A stretch of 64,000 nucleotides of DNA. It comes from Vicugna vicugna (taxonomy: Eukaryota). The stretch lies in the NCBI GenBank assembly GCA_013265495.1, contig MU057640.1:1869303-1933302 (forward strand), given 5' to 3'. How positions within the stretch are numbered: position 1 is the first letter of the stretch; every line of letters begins with the position of its first letter. The position numbers were made by a program, and so were the translations under genes. A model generated the notes under the pieces. The model saw nothing but the letters and a program-made list of their open reading frames with translations, had not been told where the DNA came from and ran no database searches. This document shows, one piece after another, positions 1-14,304 of the stretch.

Positions 1-207
1 TAAAACTGCCACAGAAGAGTGTTTAATGGACTCAGGGGAATCAGTTTTTGGAGGCCCTATTAACTAACTTAAATTTTATCTCAAGACAACCAAAATAGAA
101 AACATTCTCCAACATGGAAACCAAGTCAAAACCTCAAATGGTAATTTGGGACATTTCAATTTAAAAATAAAATCTGCACACATCTTTAATATCACAGCGT
201 ATTCTCA

Positions 208-426
<219 letters not shown>

Positions 427-1082
427 CTAAAAGAAAATCAGCATTGAAAGGCTTAAAATATCTTTAATCAAGTCATGATTCAGGGGCTACCCAAGAGCTT
501 GCAGATTACCTAAGCCCCCTGAGTTCTCCGTATTACTCCACTCTTGTGGGTACTTTGTGATCATTAGAAACTACAGATGACAACAATAGGAAATGAACTA
601 CAATAAAGCAAATCAATTGATATGCATTTTGGAAAGATTTTATTAGGAAATATTTGAAATGTTAGCATTTTAGCCCTGTACAGCTAGTGAATCACTAAAA
701 ACACTCACAGTGAATCATTAGTAGCTTCCCTTCTCCCTGCCAGATTTGAGGACTTGTTTCATTAAGCAATGAACCTCACTATGATGTTAATTCTAAGCTC
801 CTCTGCATTGGATTCAATGCCTTCAATTCTCCTTACAGTCTGTTATCACTGTTACTGCTGTTTTGAAATCCCTCCCACTTTCCTTTATTTTTGTCTTGGC
901 AGGCTGCTCATCTGAGACTGTACAGATTATTACCACATTACATTTCTTTAAGCTTTTAACTCATCCATTCACCAGTTCAACAGTTTCCCCTTCCTCTGAA
1001 ATGATCAAAAGTTTACTGTCTCTAGCACAGCACTAACCAGCATTTTGCTATTCCAAGGCTCCCATACCATTTAACAGTGAAA

Positions 1083-1185
1083 AATGCTACTATGCCATTT
1101 TATATAAAGGGCTTGAGAATCCCCAGATTTTGGTATCTGCACGGGGTCCTGGAACCGATCCCCTGCTGATACCAAGGAACGACTA
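1083..1185. mobile_element. Tigger-family DNA transposon end fragment (MER2/Tigger3-like)
   Basis: ccattttatat...gattttggtatc...ggtcctggaacc.atcccc..gatacc.agg.acgact resembles the terminal consensus as recalled. Confidence 0.7.
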
Positions 1186-1381
1186 TAACCATTTCCCCAT
1201 TTCTGCTTTCCTATGGAGTTACCAGAAATATACTGCAGTAAAAAAAGCAGGGACAGTTTTTATTTTTCAAGCATACATGGGAGTATAGTCAAGAAAATTT
1301 GGTTCCTATATATAACAGCCATTTCCACCTCTAAGCATTGACAAATACCTCCCCAAACACTTGTTTTTCTTACGCTCTATG

Positions 1382-1565
1382 CCATGATTTCTCAGTCTGG
1401 GCACCACGTATTCTCAGCCAGATACTTCTCTGCTGCGGGGACTGTGCTCTCCGCTGTAGAATGTTTTACAGCATCCCTGCTTCTATCCACTAGATACCAA
1501 TAGCATTCCCCTGGTTTTAACAAGCAAAAAGATTTCCAGACAGTGCCAAATGTTGAAAACCACTG
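1382..1565. mobile_element. MER20-like hAT-Charlie element
   Basis: cagcatccctg..tctatccactagatacc...aaaaagatttccagaca.tgccaaatgt...aaccactg. A homologous copy lies near 51708. Confidence 0.8.
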
Positions 1566-2161
1566 TTCCATGCCAATTCACATCTATAGTTTTAAAACCC
1601 TGCTCACAATTCAACATCTTCAAGAAGCCGCACTAAATTCATTTACTCGTATCTCATACATTGTTTATAAGGATTTCATCTGTTTTATCTTTTCTAAGAA
1701 CCTCAAAATATACATCTTGATGGCAAAGGCAGTGTTACCTTTTTTAAATAGCCCACTGTATCTCATATGGCATTTTTCATACAGTGGTATCATCACTAAG
1801 GCTCCCCTACACACACTCATATATGAATAACAAAGAGTTAACCACCCGTCAGATAACTGTACCGAAATCCTAATATTCAAAGTGTAGTTTTAAAATTGGC
1901 ACAGTTAAAAATGACACAGATTGTGACACTGGTGAGTAAACGGACCTTTACATACCCTCGAAAGTGTAATTACTGGTTCATACATAGCTAATCAAACTCT
2001 ATGGTACTCTATGTTTGTTTCTTAACAAAGGATTTATGAGAAGAGATCCACCTTGGGACAGCAAAGGTGACCTTGTCATAGTTTTCAGTAACACTGATAT
2101 TTTGTAACTTAATTAATTTTCTAATTTGTACAGCTACACGATCCGGAAATACATCATTTTA

Positions 2162-2281
<120 letters not shown>

Positions 2282-2384
2282 TCAAGTAGTAGAAAGAAAA
2301 ATAAATCCATTAATAATTACATGGTATCTACACTGTCTTCACTTTTCCACGTAAACTTCAAAATACAAACGTGAAGTTTCCTAG

Positions 2385-2560
2385 AGTTGTGATTAAGAGC
2401 ATACATAGCCTCTGGGCCCGAGTATCAGTACTCAAATCTCCCCACCAACTGAATGAGAGCTTGGACAAGGTATCCGACCTTTTCATACTTCAGTTTCCTC
2501 ATTAGTGACATAGGATAAGAGTACCTCTATAACAAGGTTCTTGTGAACATTGTTTAAGAA
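2385..2560 (+). mobile_element. MIR SINE
   Basis: Core ttggacaag...ttcagtttcctcatt...gtacct. Boundaries approximate. Confidence 0.65.
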
Positions 2561-3453
2561 AGCAATTAACATATTGCCAGAAGCACAATACATTTAACCT
2601 ATGATTTAATAGGCTGGAACACAGCAATTCAGTTTCCACAACTCAGTCAAGTTTAGATGTCAAAACTTGAGACCTTACCACATTTATGGTGTTAGGAACT
2701 GTTTGTACCCTGAATTATACTGAACATAATAATAAGTGCTCCCATTGCTCCTCCTCCTACTGCTTCCACTGGTACAAAATCATCTAAACGCTCCAATTCA
2801 ATCATTTTGAGGGGATGAATTCCCAAACTGGACTAACAGAGTTTAAAGAGTGTAGCTTTCTAAATGTTCTATCTTTTCAGCATGCTAAGTGACCACAAGA
2901 GCCTATTGCTATAAATGGCCCCTTAGAACTGAAATAACTCAGTGAATGCTGCCCATAGATGTGCAGCATTTAAATAGGTGTGTCCCATTATTAAAAGGAA
3001 GTCTTAAAATAAGAATCAAATCACCCTCGTGGAAAAAAAAAAAAAAAAGAAAACCAATCAATCAACAATAGATTTCAATGCAGCAACTAGAATAGATGAG
3101 TAAGTATAAATTTCAGAAAAAATATTAATACATATTAAACTGTAACTGCTTATGTTATATGATCAAGATTTCTATTTCTTACTTGCTTTTCTCCTAACCT
3201 GTTATCTTATGTAATTCCTTACTAAGGAAAGGAGAGAAAAGAATGTATCATATGACCCATATTTTAAGAAACTCCTCCTTCTTAGAGCTGGTAAACAAAT
3301 TTTAAAACAAAATGAAAGATGATCATTTAAAAAGACACTTGACCAAGCCCCTCACATAAATTTAAAAAAAGTTTGATATTACACGAAGAAAAAGATCTGA
3401 TGGGTTTGAACTTAGTTGTGTAAATATTTTTCTAATAAGTTTTTGTTCATACT

Positions 3454-3460
3454 ATATATA

Positions 3461-3493
<33 letters not shown>

Positions 3494-3509
3494 GGAGCGA
3501 GAGAGAGAG
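3454..3509. repeat. Compound microsatellite (TA)n(TG)n(TA)n(GA)n
   Basis: Directly visible. Confidence 0.95.
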
Positions 3510-3793
3510 TTAAATTTGAAATTGCGGGAAATCTCTGTCCCACATCAAGACTCAGGAAATTTTCAATTAATTTTTTAAAATATATAATAGCTTTTGTTTT
3601 AAGAATAATAAGCTTTCTTTTTTTTCTATACCAAAAAAATTCTACTTTAATTCTTTGGAGACAAAAGTATAAAGACAATTTATTTAAGCTAATATAAACA
3701 AATGCTTTCAAATTAACTCTTCTATCTCAAGGCTTTAGAACTTTAAGCACAGCAATTATACACAAGTACATAGACTCTCCGAATATGACTTCA

Positions 3794-3946
<153 letters not shown>

Positions 3947-6900
3947 TCATGAAACACTAATTTTAAATTTATTACAATTCAAGAAAATGTATTATAACCT
4001 TCTTTTTCCAAAATATTTAAAAATACAATGAGCTGCATGTTATCAGCATGACGTAAGTTGAAAAGGAATCCTAAACAGGGGGGCCAAATGTCAACATATA
4101 TAACAAAGGATTAAAAGTGATTTAAGTCAGCTTTGTGATAGCAGTCTCCTCTTCTCCCAGCACATTCTCAATTCAAGTAATAATATAAACAAATTTAGTG
4201 TTAAGGTTCACCTGTCCACTACATACAAAAGGTGAGCGGCCTTTTGGAAGACTTCTTAAGTTTTAAGATAGCTCAAACTGCAAGACAACAAATTTGTGTG
4301 ACTTTCAGAGTTTTTTTATTTTGTTTTACTTTTAAGAAATGAAAAGTATCAAAATGGATTTAAGGAAGTTCAGTGAATGAGTAATGTTGGCGATAATTAA
4401 ATTACTCTATTTAATGATTACTAGTTGTATGATTCTATAAGAACTCTACGAAAAGATTTAGGAACACCTATGCTACAGCCAAATATCTCTACAAAACTGG
4501 TAAGAGGTTTAGAAATTTTATTGGTTGCAAAGGAATATAGGTTAAAAAAAAAAAACCTCTCTTAAAATGAACCGTGTAAGATAAAATGATTTCTGATAAT
4601 GGAAATTTAAAAAATCTGAATACTGTCTGAAATGCATTCTTCACCATATCAATGGTGGGCAGGGAGCATAAATAAATGAATATAAACTTTCAGTAGGGCA
4701 ATGAGATGAGGATTGTTTGGATGTAGTCCAAGCTGCCTTTTGAGTATTTACGAGTTTTCTGTTATTACTACCTAGAATTACTGAGGTTATAAATATGAGA
4801 AATCTAGACAATTTCAACTTGATGGCAAGGCTAAAAGATTTCTCTTCCATGACTACAATGAAAACAGTATACAATAAGAATTATTTAAGTAAAATCCTTG
4901 AAAAATGACAATAAAAGGTCCCCATAATATACTAATATAATGAAGGGTTCACAGAACATTTCAACAATTACTTCAGTCTTTAAAAGGACTAGAATCAGAA
5001 AAGGTACTTTATTAAATAGGGTTATTTGAGTACTGTCTATGGGTCATAGGCAGAATATGAAAATATTTTATCTTATTCTGGTGTTTTCTATAGTAGCCTT
5101 TTTTTTTTTTTTTTGGTCAGAAGAATATACTCCTGAAATAAATTAGAGGGGGAAAAAAGCATTCCATGAAATGGAATTATTTCAGCTTACTCGCTGTTTT
5201 TCAGGGGAGGATTACTCAGCATGCTGCTTATCTAAAAACTCTGCTTTTTACCCCTCTTTTACCCATGAGTCATTCACTCTTAACACCTCTAACAGAAGCC
5301 AGAGTATGCAACTAAAATAAAATGATATAGTTTTTTGAGATGATAGGGTGGGTTGCAGAAATTGTTTATTAAAAAAAACTTAAAATACTGCCTTGACTGA
5401 GGTTTTAAAATTCTTTTTAAATGGTAATTTTTTATGCTATGCTCTTTCCTCACTTTGCATGGACAATCCAAGACTAACTGTGCTACAGAAAAAAAGAAAC
5501 ATCTTACCAAAACCACAGATTGCATAAATGCAAAAGAATTATAAAACCACATTAAATGACTAAATCACAGAGTAACAGAGCTGGGAGGGCTTGGTTAACC
5601 GTGTGTGACGTCCAGTAAGAATGGAATGCATAAACATTTGTGTTTATATCACATTAATTTGTGTGTATTTTAGGAATAAGTTAATTCTATATTCAATAGA
5701 GTTTAAATTATTGGACTATATTCTGCGTATTTACATTTCATGGGATTTTTAGTAATGTAAGTCCTATTCTTGGGATACTGAAAATAACAAATATCTATAT
5801 CCAACTGAAATCAACTAAAAACTCTTTGTAATTTTCAAATGAAACAGTAAAAAGAAGATCAAGTCATTAATACAACTATGTTGTCTTTTATGTATAGATG
5901 TCTAGTATAAAACTAATATGAAATAGGTACATTATATAAAAAAAAACTCCCCCCAAAAGCTTTTTAAACAGAAAGCAAGCTAGAAAACTTGAGTAGTTTT
6001 ACTATTACATAAATCTACAACTCGGAATGCATACAAACCAATGACTAACAAGTAATAAAATTTAGAAATTTAAACAAGACATAAAACATGTTTAAGAAAA
6101 GGGCAGCCATAATTTCAACAAAAGTGCATGATATCAACTGTGCCTTTTTCTTCCCCCTTGAGAAGCTTTTGTCTTCCTACTAACTTTACAAACACCTTCA
6201 GTGTCATTAAAAGTACACATGGCACATGTCAGAACAAACTAACTTTGTATTAAGTTTTCATGGTGTATTTCCAACTTAACTCTATCAAAAGAACAGATTC
6301 TATGCCCTCTTTGTATCTCTTGGTTTGGCAACCGATAGCACTTCAGAAGTAACAAATTTCATTCAGAAGATAGCTCAGAAAAAAAAAAAATACACCAAAA
6401 AGTGTTTAAAGTTTCAGTGAAAAACTTTGTAGCATTTTAATAAAATATAATATACTAAAGACATCTTCAAAAATAACCAAAACAAAAATAAGTAAATATT
6501 GCTATCGGTTTATAAAAATTAAGAATATCTTAAATTTGTACAAATCTTGTTCATATATAGCAATTTTACATATACTTCATTTGAGAGTAAAACCATAATC
6601 AGTTAATCTTTAGTAAATGTGCCCTCATTAATAATCCTATTTTAATAGAATATTTGGTATTAAGAAAAATACTTCAAGTTAAATATTAATTATTTCTAAT
6701 AAACATAAATTGGGAAGAAAGAACTTTCTATTTTCGTATCAATGAACTATGTCCTCCTCACATGAATTATGATTATAAACTAAGTCATCTATCTCATCAT
6801 AATTCAACTCCCAGGTCATAATTAATATATCTAATAGTAGGGCTCTGTCATGATTTTAAAAGAAAACATTAATTTCTGACAAAATAAATAAGACTGGAAT

Positions 6901-7876
6901 TTCAGACTTAATGATATTGGTTATGAGATAGCACCTCTTAAGATAAAAGAAAAAAGGTAAGTATCTGGTATTTCTGTTTTGAATATTCAATAATGATTGT
7001 TATTATCTACAAAAATTAAATTTAATTACACAAAACCATATTTTTTTGAGGTAGGAGAATTTCAAATAACCACAGGTCAATAAATGTGCTGAACAACAGG
7101 AATATGAGTAAATTGAATAGTGACTTAAAGAAAAAGGACACTTGACATCCTTCCCTACAAGCCATGAGTGATAGATCAGACAAGCTCAAAATAAACACTG
7201 ACAAAAGACAAGGATACTAATGAGATTCTCTAATTAGTCCTATCAATAAAAACCCTTGCCACATAGCACAAAGCCAAATGAATGAAGACTGTAAGAAATT
7301 CTTACTGCATTCTTAATGCCATTCTCATTTTATTTGTGATCTTAGGAAGCGGTGGTTACTAGAAGGTCAAATCATCCGTAGGGTTTTTCTCATCTTCCCG
7401 GTATCAACAAAGAAGGTCTCAAATTTCTTAGATGATTTCCTTCCTTAGACCTGTCCCTCACCCCCATTCATTCTGTGTTCTCCAAGCTAACCCTGGTACA
7501 CTGCTTACTTCTCATTTTTCTAGCATTACTCTTAGGACAAGGGTGGAGGGGGGCTGCAAGAGCAAAAAGAGAGACATACAAGGGAGGCAGCTTTACAAGT
7601 GTTTCTAGAAGACTACAGGGGGACTACATACATCTTTGTGACTAACTTAAGTACCCTACAGAAAGTGCCTTTTTCTGATGGCGATGAGTGCTGTGTTCAC
7701 AATGCCTTCTCAATGAATATATTACAATTTTAAGAGAGAAGGCTTTGACAAGTTCCAATTTCTTGGATAGCAACCCCCTTATTACCACGAATGGTGGTGG
7801 TGTCTACAAGTCTCTGAGGAAACATGAGTTTCCACCCAGAAACAACTCATTTTACTGTTGCTTATAGGTCCCCAGA

Positions 7877-8082
7877 CAGGGGTCAGCAAACTTTTTCTGT
7901 AAGAGACCAGATAATAAATATTTCAGGCTTTGTGGGTCAGATAGTCTCTGTTCCAGCAGTTCAAGTTGGCCATCACAGCGTGAAAGCAGTCACATAAAAC
8001 ACGTAACATAAATATTTATTTACAAAAACAAGCATCAAGCTGGATTTAGCCTCCAGGCCATAGCTAGCTAAACCTTGCCCTA
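7877..8082. mobile_element. MER58A-like hAT-Charlie element
   Basis: Starts caggggtcagcaaactttttctgtaa and ends aaaccttgcccta. Confidence 0.8.
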
Positions 8083-8589
8083 GACCAAAAGCCTTAGTCC
8101 TCTAAAACCCTCTTTAACTTTTGTACTAAATGGAAAATAAGTCACTGTGCTACTTACAATTTAAAGTTTCAATATTGAGAACCAGTCCTTCTTCCTAGAA
8201 TGTGCAATGCTGTGCTAGGTTTTTAAAACAGGAGAAGAGTAAGAAAAAAGGCAGGCATGAAAAGAAAGAGATTGGTTTAGAAGACAGCTTTTGAGGACTC
8301 ATTAAGGAAAGACAGATAACTCTATTGCTTGGTAAAAGTGAAAGAGATATATATATACTGATGTATCATACTACTATGGTCACTGCTCTCCAGTTCTGAC
8401 TTAACACAACATGCCTTAATTCACTGTTAAGTCTAATCTCTGGATCAGGTGAACCTTCCAGAAGTGAATGTACAACTACATATTCTGGTAGAATTTCATC
8501 ATGGCGTATTACTTTCAAAGGGACAGGTCCTCCTTATCTTTTGGTAAAATAATCCGTAACAATTGACAATTACAAATGATCAGATAAAC

Positions 8590-9900
8590 CACCCCCCCCA
8601 AAAGCCACAGAATGGGAGAAGGTATTTATAATTTATATCTGACAAATTAGTTTTATCTAAAATATAAAAAGAACTCTTATATGTCAATAATAAAACAAAC
8701 AACTCAATTTTAAAAGTGAGTAAAGGACAGTGACACACTTCACAGAAGATCTATGTCTAGCCAATAAACACATCAAAAGATCCTATCATTCGTCTGGATA
8801 AAGAAGATGTGGTATATTTATACAACGGAATACTATTCAGTCATAAAAACCGACAACATAACACCACTTGCAGCAACATGGATGTTCCTGGGGCATGTCA
8901 TTCTAAGTGAAGTGAGAAAGAAAAATACTGTATGAGATCGCTCATATGTGGAATCTAAAAAAACAAACAAACAAAACATAAATACAAAACAGAAACAGAC
9001 TCATAGACATAGAATACAAACTTGTGGTTGCCAAGGGGTAGGGGAGTGGGAAGGGACAGACTGGGATTTCAAAATGTAGAATAGATAAACAAGATTATAT
9101 TGTATAGCACAGGGAAATATATAGAAGATCTTGTGGTAGCTCACAGTGAAAAAAAAATTGTGACAATGAATATATGTATGTTCATACATAACTGAAAAAT
9201 TGTGCTCTACACTGGAATTTGACACAACATTGTAAAATGACTATAACTCAATAAAAAAATGTTAAAAAAAAGATTCTGTCATTCTTAGTCATAAGAGATA
9301 TGTAAATTTAAGCTACAATGAGATACCATTACACACCAATTAGGACTAACATTTAAAAGGCCAACAACAGCAAATGTCAGCAAGAACGGGAACAACTGAA
9401 CTTTCACACATGCTGGGGGAATGCAGAACTACTTTTGAAAATAATTTAGACATTCTATTCACAATAGCCAATACGTGGAAGCACCACAAACTTTGTCCAT
9501 TGGCAGATGAATGGATACACAACATACAGTTCCTACAATGAAATACTCAGCAACAAGGAACAAATTGCTAACACATGCAACAATATGATGAATCTCAGAA
9601 GCATCATGGTAAGTGCAAAACTAAACACGAAAGGCCACGTATTGTGTGACTGCATTTATATGAACTTCTAGGAAGAGGGCAAAACATAATATGATAAAGC
9701 ACGTAGTAGATGCCTGTGGCCAGGAGCCGAGGAGGGATGGACTGCAACAGGGGCACCATCTTTTGAAATGATGGAAATGTTTCTGTATCTTGATTGTGAT
9801 ATTTCATAGGTGTGCACATCTATTAAAACTCACCAAATTGTACATATTAAATGGATGTAATTTATCATGTCTAAATTATATGTCAATAAAATTAATTTAA
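8590..9900 (+). mobile_element. Old L1M (ORF2 end plus 3' UTR) interrupted by a younger L1
   Basis: Degenerate L1 motifs (gaatgggagaaggtattt, acaatgagatacca, gatgaatggata) and an aataaa end near 9890. Confidence 0.8.
8792..9267 (+). mobile_element. Young 5'-truncated lineage-specific L1 3' end with TSD
   Basis: ctggataaagaagatgtgg...ctataactcaataaaaaaatgttaaaaaaa. TSD aaaagatcctatcattc (8775-8791) vs aaaagattctgtcattc (9268-9284). Confidence 0.92.
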
Positions 9901-10707
9901 AAACAAAGAAGAAAACAATACTGGTCAGGTAGAAGGATGAGCATGAGACAGCATCTGTCAGTGAAATTCCCACAAGTTACCAACCAAGGCTTTGGAGAGT
10001 GAGTGACGTTTGTTGTTTCATTTTTGTGTTTCATTTTTAAAATATGATGCATCAAAAGATTCAAAACTAAATATACAAAATGAAGAAAGTTCCCCCACTC
10101 CCCAGAGACAGCCACTGCCAAGACCAGTTTCTGTGTTCCTCTGAACCCTTTTACCTACATTTTGTCCCAAGACAAATGGCTCATTCTCCTAATACACACT
10201 TACTAAAATTTACTTCTTTTGCTTACTAAATAGCTTAACTTTTCATGTCAGTAATACAGACATATCAAGTTCTGAAAATTATATTATGTTGATGAATAAT
10301 CACCAGGGGCTCTCTAGTAACAGGCATTTAGATTGTTTATAATTTTTTTTTAAATTACAAACAATGCTCCAATGAATATCCACGTACATATATCTTTGCA
10401 TGTTTGTGAAACTTGTGGGTTAAAATATATAGGTATTTTTTTGGTCTATCATTCTAAACCGCCCTCCAAAAATGTTCAAACTTTCAGCTGTCTATTTCTC
10501 CATACCCTTTCTAACAGTGGACATAACTACACATTCAACAGTTGAAAAACATCATAATCCTGTTTTTAATTTGCAATTTTAAAAATGAGCAAAGCTGAGC
10601 TGTTTGCCTGTAATTGCAAGCCACTTGTATCATGTATTTCTTTCAACTCTAAATTTCTCTAGTTCACTGATCTTTATCTTACTGATTTGAAGTGTTTATT
10701 TTCTTAT

Positions 10708-11172
10708 TGTGGTAAAGACTGATGACTGACCCCCAGTATTCATCTTCTCCTATTCCTTTTAAAAATAGGACCTTAACCTTACTGAATTTTCAGCTGAGTC
10801 TCTCTCCATCTGCTTAGAGATATTTCTCAGCTTCTTGCAGCTAGAGGTTGCCATGTGACTACGTATGAGCCCATGGGAGGTAAGAGAAAGTGACAGGCAC
10901 ATTTCCCAAGTCACAATCTGAAAGACACACAAGCTGCCCTTCACAATTTTTAGTCTCCTCCCCTCCCCCTGCTTTCCTGTTTGAGAGGAGCAGTCCCTAT
11001 GGCCCCGGCAGGGAAGCCATACCGGAAGATAAAGAACCAACCTGTCTGTTAGGGACAGCTCCCAACAGACGGTCATAAGAGGAATGTAAATTCCTTTATT
11101 TCAGTCACTGATGGGGGATGGGGGAGGGCAGGCCTCTCCATTACAGACTCTAACCTATATTCTAACTAATGC
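10708..11172. mobile_element. MaLR (MLT1-like) solo LTR
   Basis: Starts tgtggta, has the gcagctagaggttgccatgtgact core and ends ctaactaatgca. Confidence 0.7.
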
Positions 11173-11749
11173 ACATACTAATCAACTTTAATTTAGAATC
11201 TTAAGAATGTTAATATTAGAAAGCAATTAATCTAGTGCTTCAATCTTTACAATATAGACTAGCAAGAAACAAATTAGATATTTCAACTAGTCCCTGTTAT
11301 CATCTGTAACATTCCTAGAGAAGTTCAGGTGTCCAAAACTTTAAAAAATAATATGCTAGCAGTCTTTCCACAGCAACAATGATAAACTTCTAAGCATTTC
11401 TAGGAAGTGAGGGTTAAAGTAGATAAAACAAAATGTGTCCAGGTTTATTTTTAATTTTAATACTTATGGGGATAAAACAGACACTCCCAAACCCTGCCAG
11501 ATAAAGTATAAACTGGTACAAGCTTTTCATAAAGCAATTAAGAGTATACATCAAAGTCCCAATAATGTTTCCCCTTGACAGATGATTCCATTTCACTGTG
11601 GTTACCCTAAGGAAATAATCACAGAGTACAGAAACATCCGTGTAAAGGATGTTCAACAGAGTGTTTATTACAACAGAAAATATCAGGAATCATCCTGAAG
11701 ACTAACAATGGGGTTAGTTAACTGATTAAATAAATTATAACAAATAATA

Positions 11750-12040
11750 ATGTTAATAATAATTATTATTTTTGTAATTGACTTACTACTGCCAGGCACT
11801 GTTCTAACTGCTTTGATATTCTAATAGATATAATCCACACCAAAAACCTATTATTATTATTATTACTATTTAGTATTAGTACTATTACTAAGTACTATCA
11901 TTGCCCCCTCTTTGGTACATGAGAAAACCGAGGCACAAGTAGAGAAAATAACTTGTCAAAGGTCACCCAGCTAGTAAATGGTAGAGCCTGGATTTGAAGC
12001 CAGGAAGTTTCACTCTAGAGTCCACGATTCTATACTATCT
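11750..12040 (-). mobile_element. MIR SINE
   Basis: gccaggcactgttcta...gagaaaaccgaggcac...aaggtcacccagctagtaaatggtagagcctggatttgaa. Confidence 0.85.
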
Positions 12041-13999
12041 TTCAAATAGATCTCAGTGATATTTGCAGTCACTTAAAAACAAGTTAAAGAATATAAGTAA
12101 ATGTTCAAATGTGCTAAGTGGAAAAAACAGGATGCAAAACTCATACAGTCATGCAAAAGTCATACAACATGATCCCAATTCTGTTTTAGAAAAGTATATA
12201 CATGTGGACATTAAAAAAGAAAGGAAAAAATTATAAAATGTTAATAGTCACTATCTCTAAGTGATGAGATTATAAACGACTCAATTTTCTTCATTATATT
12301 TTCCAGTATTTCTACTTGCATTTTTGTTAAAACTAGAATGTGCTTTTCCCATCTTTTACACTAAGAAGTATAAATAGAATATATCCCCCTAAACTCTTAA
12401 CACTTCTTCCTTCTAGAGATAATGAAGCATTTTTATTATTTCAACAAAAAATAAACATTTTACTTTCACTTATATATACTTTAAGTGGCCCTTCCCCCCA
12501 AAAAGTTACAAAAAATAGAATTTATACTCAAAAACAACAATAAAAGACAAAATCAAAGTTGTTGCAAAAAAGAATATAAACTTTTTTGTTTAGATGAATG
12601 AAAATGATCTACTGTAATGGAGGAGATCAAAATATACACTCCAAGGTTCCTTAAAGGCATCTTGACTTTGTATTTACAGTAATGAGGAAACGTACCTAAC
12701 GACATAGCTCAAACCTGGTTTGAGCCAGGTAAACCAGCTCATAGCTGATTACAGAGTAGCCCATAAAATCTATAATCTTTTGTAAAATACTAACTGGTAA
12801 AAATCACTGAAAACATTATAGGTCATCTAAGTCTCTGTGTTTTAAAGTTAAAAATTTTAAAGTCTCCAAATTTATTTCTGCTTAATAATGCATTGCTACT
12901 ATAAACTGCTTAATGAGGACAATAGGGTGCTGTCATATTTCCTTCAAGTCTCTTTCCAGAACTGACCACATTTTCAAGTTAATTCTATAGTAAAGTGGAT
13001 TATCTCAAAGAATACCTTCTTTGTAAATATATGTACAGTAATGAAACAAAAGAAAACCTTAGAAAAATCAATTCATTCTTCACTTTTTAAACCTCTAATA
13101 CATTAATGAAATTAAGAAAGTCAAATTCGAGGAACACTACCTATGGTATTACTATATTTTATATTTATGTCTTAATAAACATAAAATTCTATTGTCCTCA
13201 TTTCTTACCTATATTTGTTATTTTTCACACAAAAATAATTTTATATATACTTTTCACAACATATCCTCACCACTGACCACCACTAATTTCATATGCATTA
13301 AAAAACAACTAAATTTTCCTGTTTTATCTGATCTTACTTAGAATATTTCCCCTGAGGTGTTGTGTTACACATTAAGAGTTCAACTATCAACTATAATGGA
13401 ATGGTTCGTGATTGCATCAATTTATTAGCCTTAATTTACAAGCAGAAGCTCGGATGAACATAAATACTGAGAAGTGATTACCAAGTTTTACAGAAAAAGC
13501 TTAATAGATATAAAATAAAGCATTAAGGCACCTGATTTCAGAGTCTCTTGTGTGGCTTATCTGGGCACTAAGCCACAGCTTGTTCTACTTAGTGTAACTG
13601 CAGTTTAATTCAGAATATAGTATGAAATCAACTGCAAATAAGTAAGTTAAACAAAGTCTGTTTCTTTTTACAGGAAAATTTACCTTTAAGATGTGGTTTT
13701 TAAAAAAAGAACATGTTACACTGAAGGATTTAAGAAATTCTTTGAGAGTAATTTCCTTCTCAAAATGTTAACTTCAAAACTTATCTGTTATAATTTTTTT
13801 AAACTAAGTATGCACGGAAATGAAGTCTATAAATAAGAAATGAAACCATCCAAATTTTTCCAGTCACGTTCTAAGTGATACTTATAACTCAGTTTTTAAA
13901 ATTAAAATTAATTATGATGAACAACTATGCAAGTTGAATATAGACGATGAAAACACACTCTCTTCTGCTGAATAAGCTACTAAAAAGATTCTTATATAC

Positions 14000-14057
14000 C
14001 ATCCATCTTCACTGAAGTTTTCCACCATGTCCAATGCCACCTGGTAATCTTGAAATG
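14000..14057 (-). CDS. Candidate alternative exon '9a' (58 nt, phase 1->2): AFQDYQVALDMVENFSEDG(C)
   Basis: Acceptor cttatttttctgttgcattttaactag|, donor ATG|gtatat. Open in the exon 8 frame, with the same phases and same terminal TG as exon 9. Confidence 0.45.
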
Positions 14058-14304
14058 CTAGTTAAAATGCAACAGAAAAATAAGGATTCTCAGGGTTTAA
14101 TACAGAAAATGGATGTGGTTATCTATTATGACCACAAAGTAAAAATGTAGAAAACACAGTTAAGGAAAACTTAAGCTTGGAATTAAACAATGCCTGACTG
14201 CAAGTTTCCTTTAATCGAAAAAGGCTACTTGCTTACTTTAAAAGTAAACAGACAATTACTACGTGTATATGCAGACACATACAAACATTTGTATGCACTC
14301 AAGC

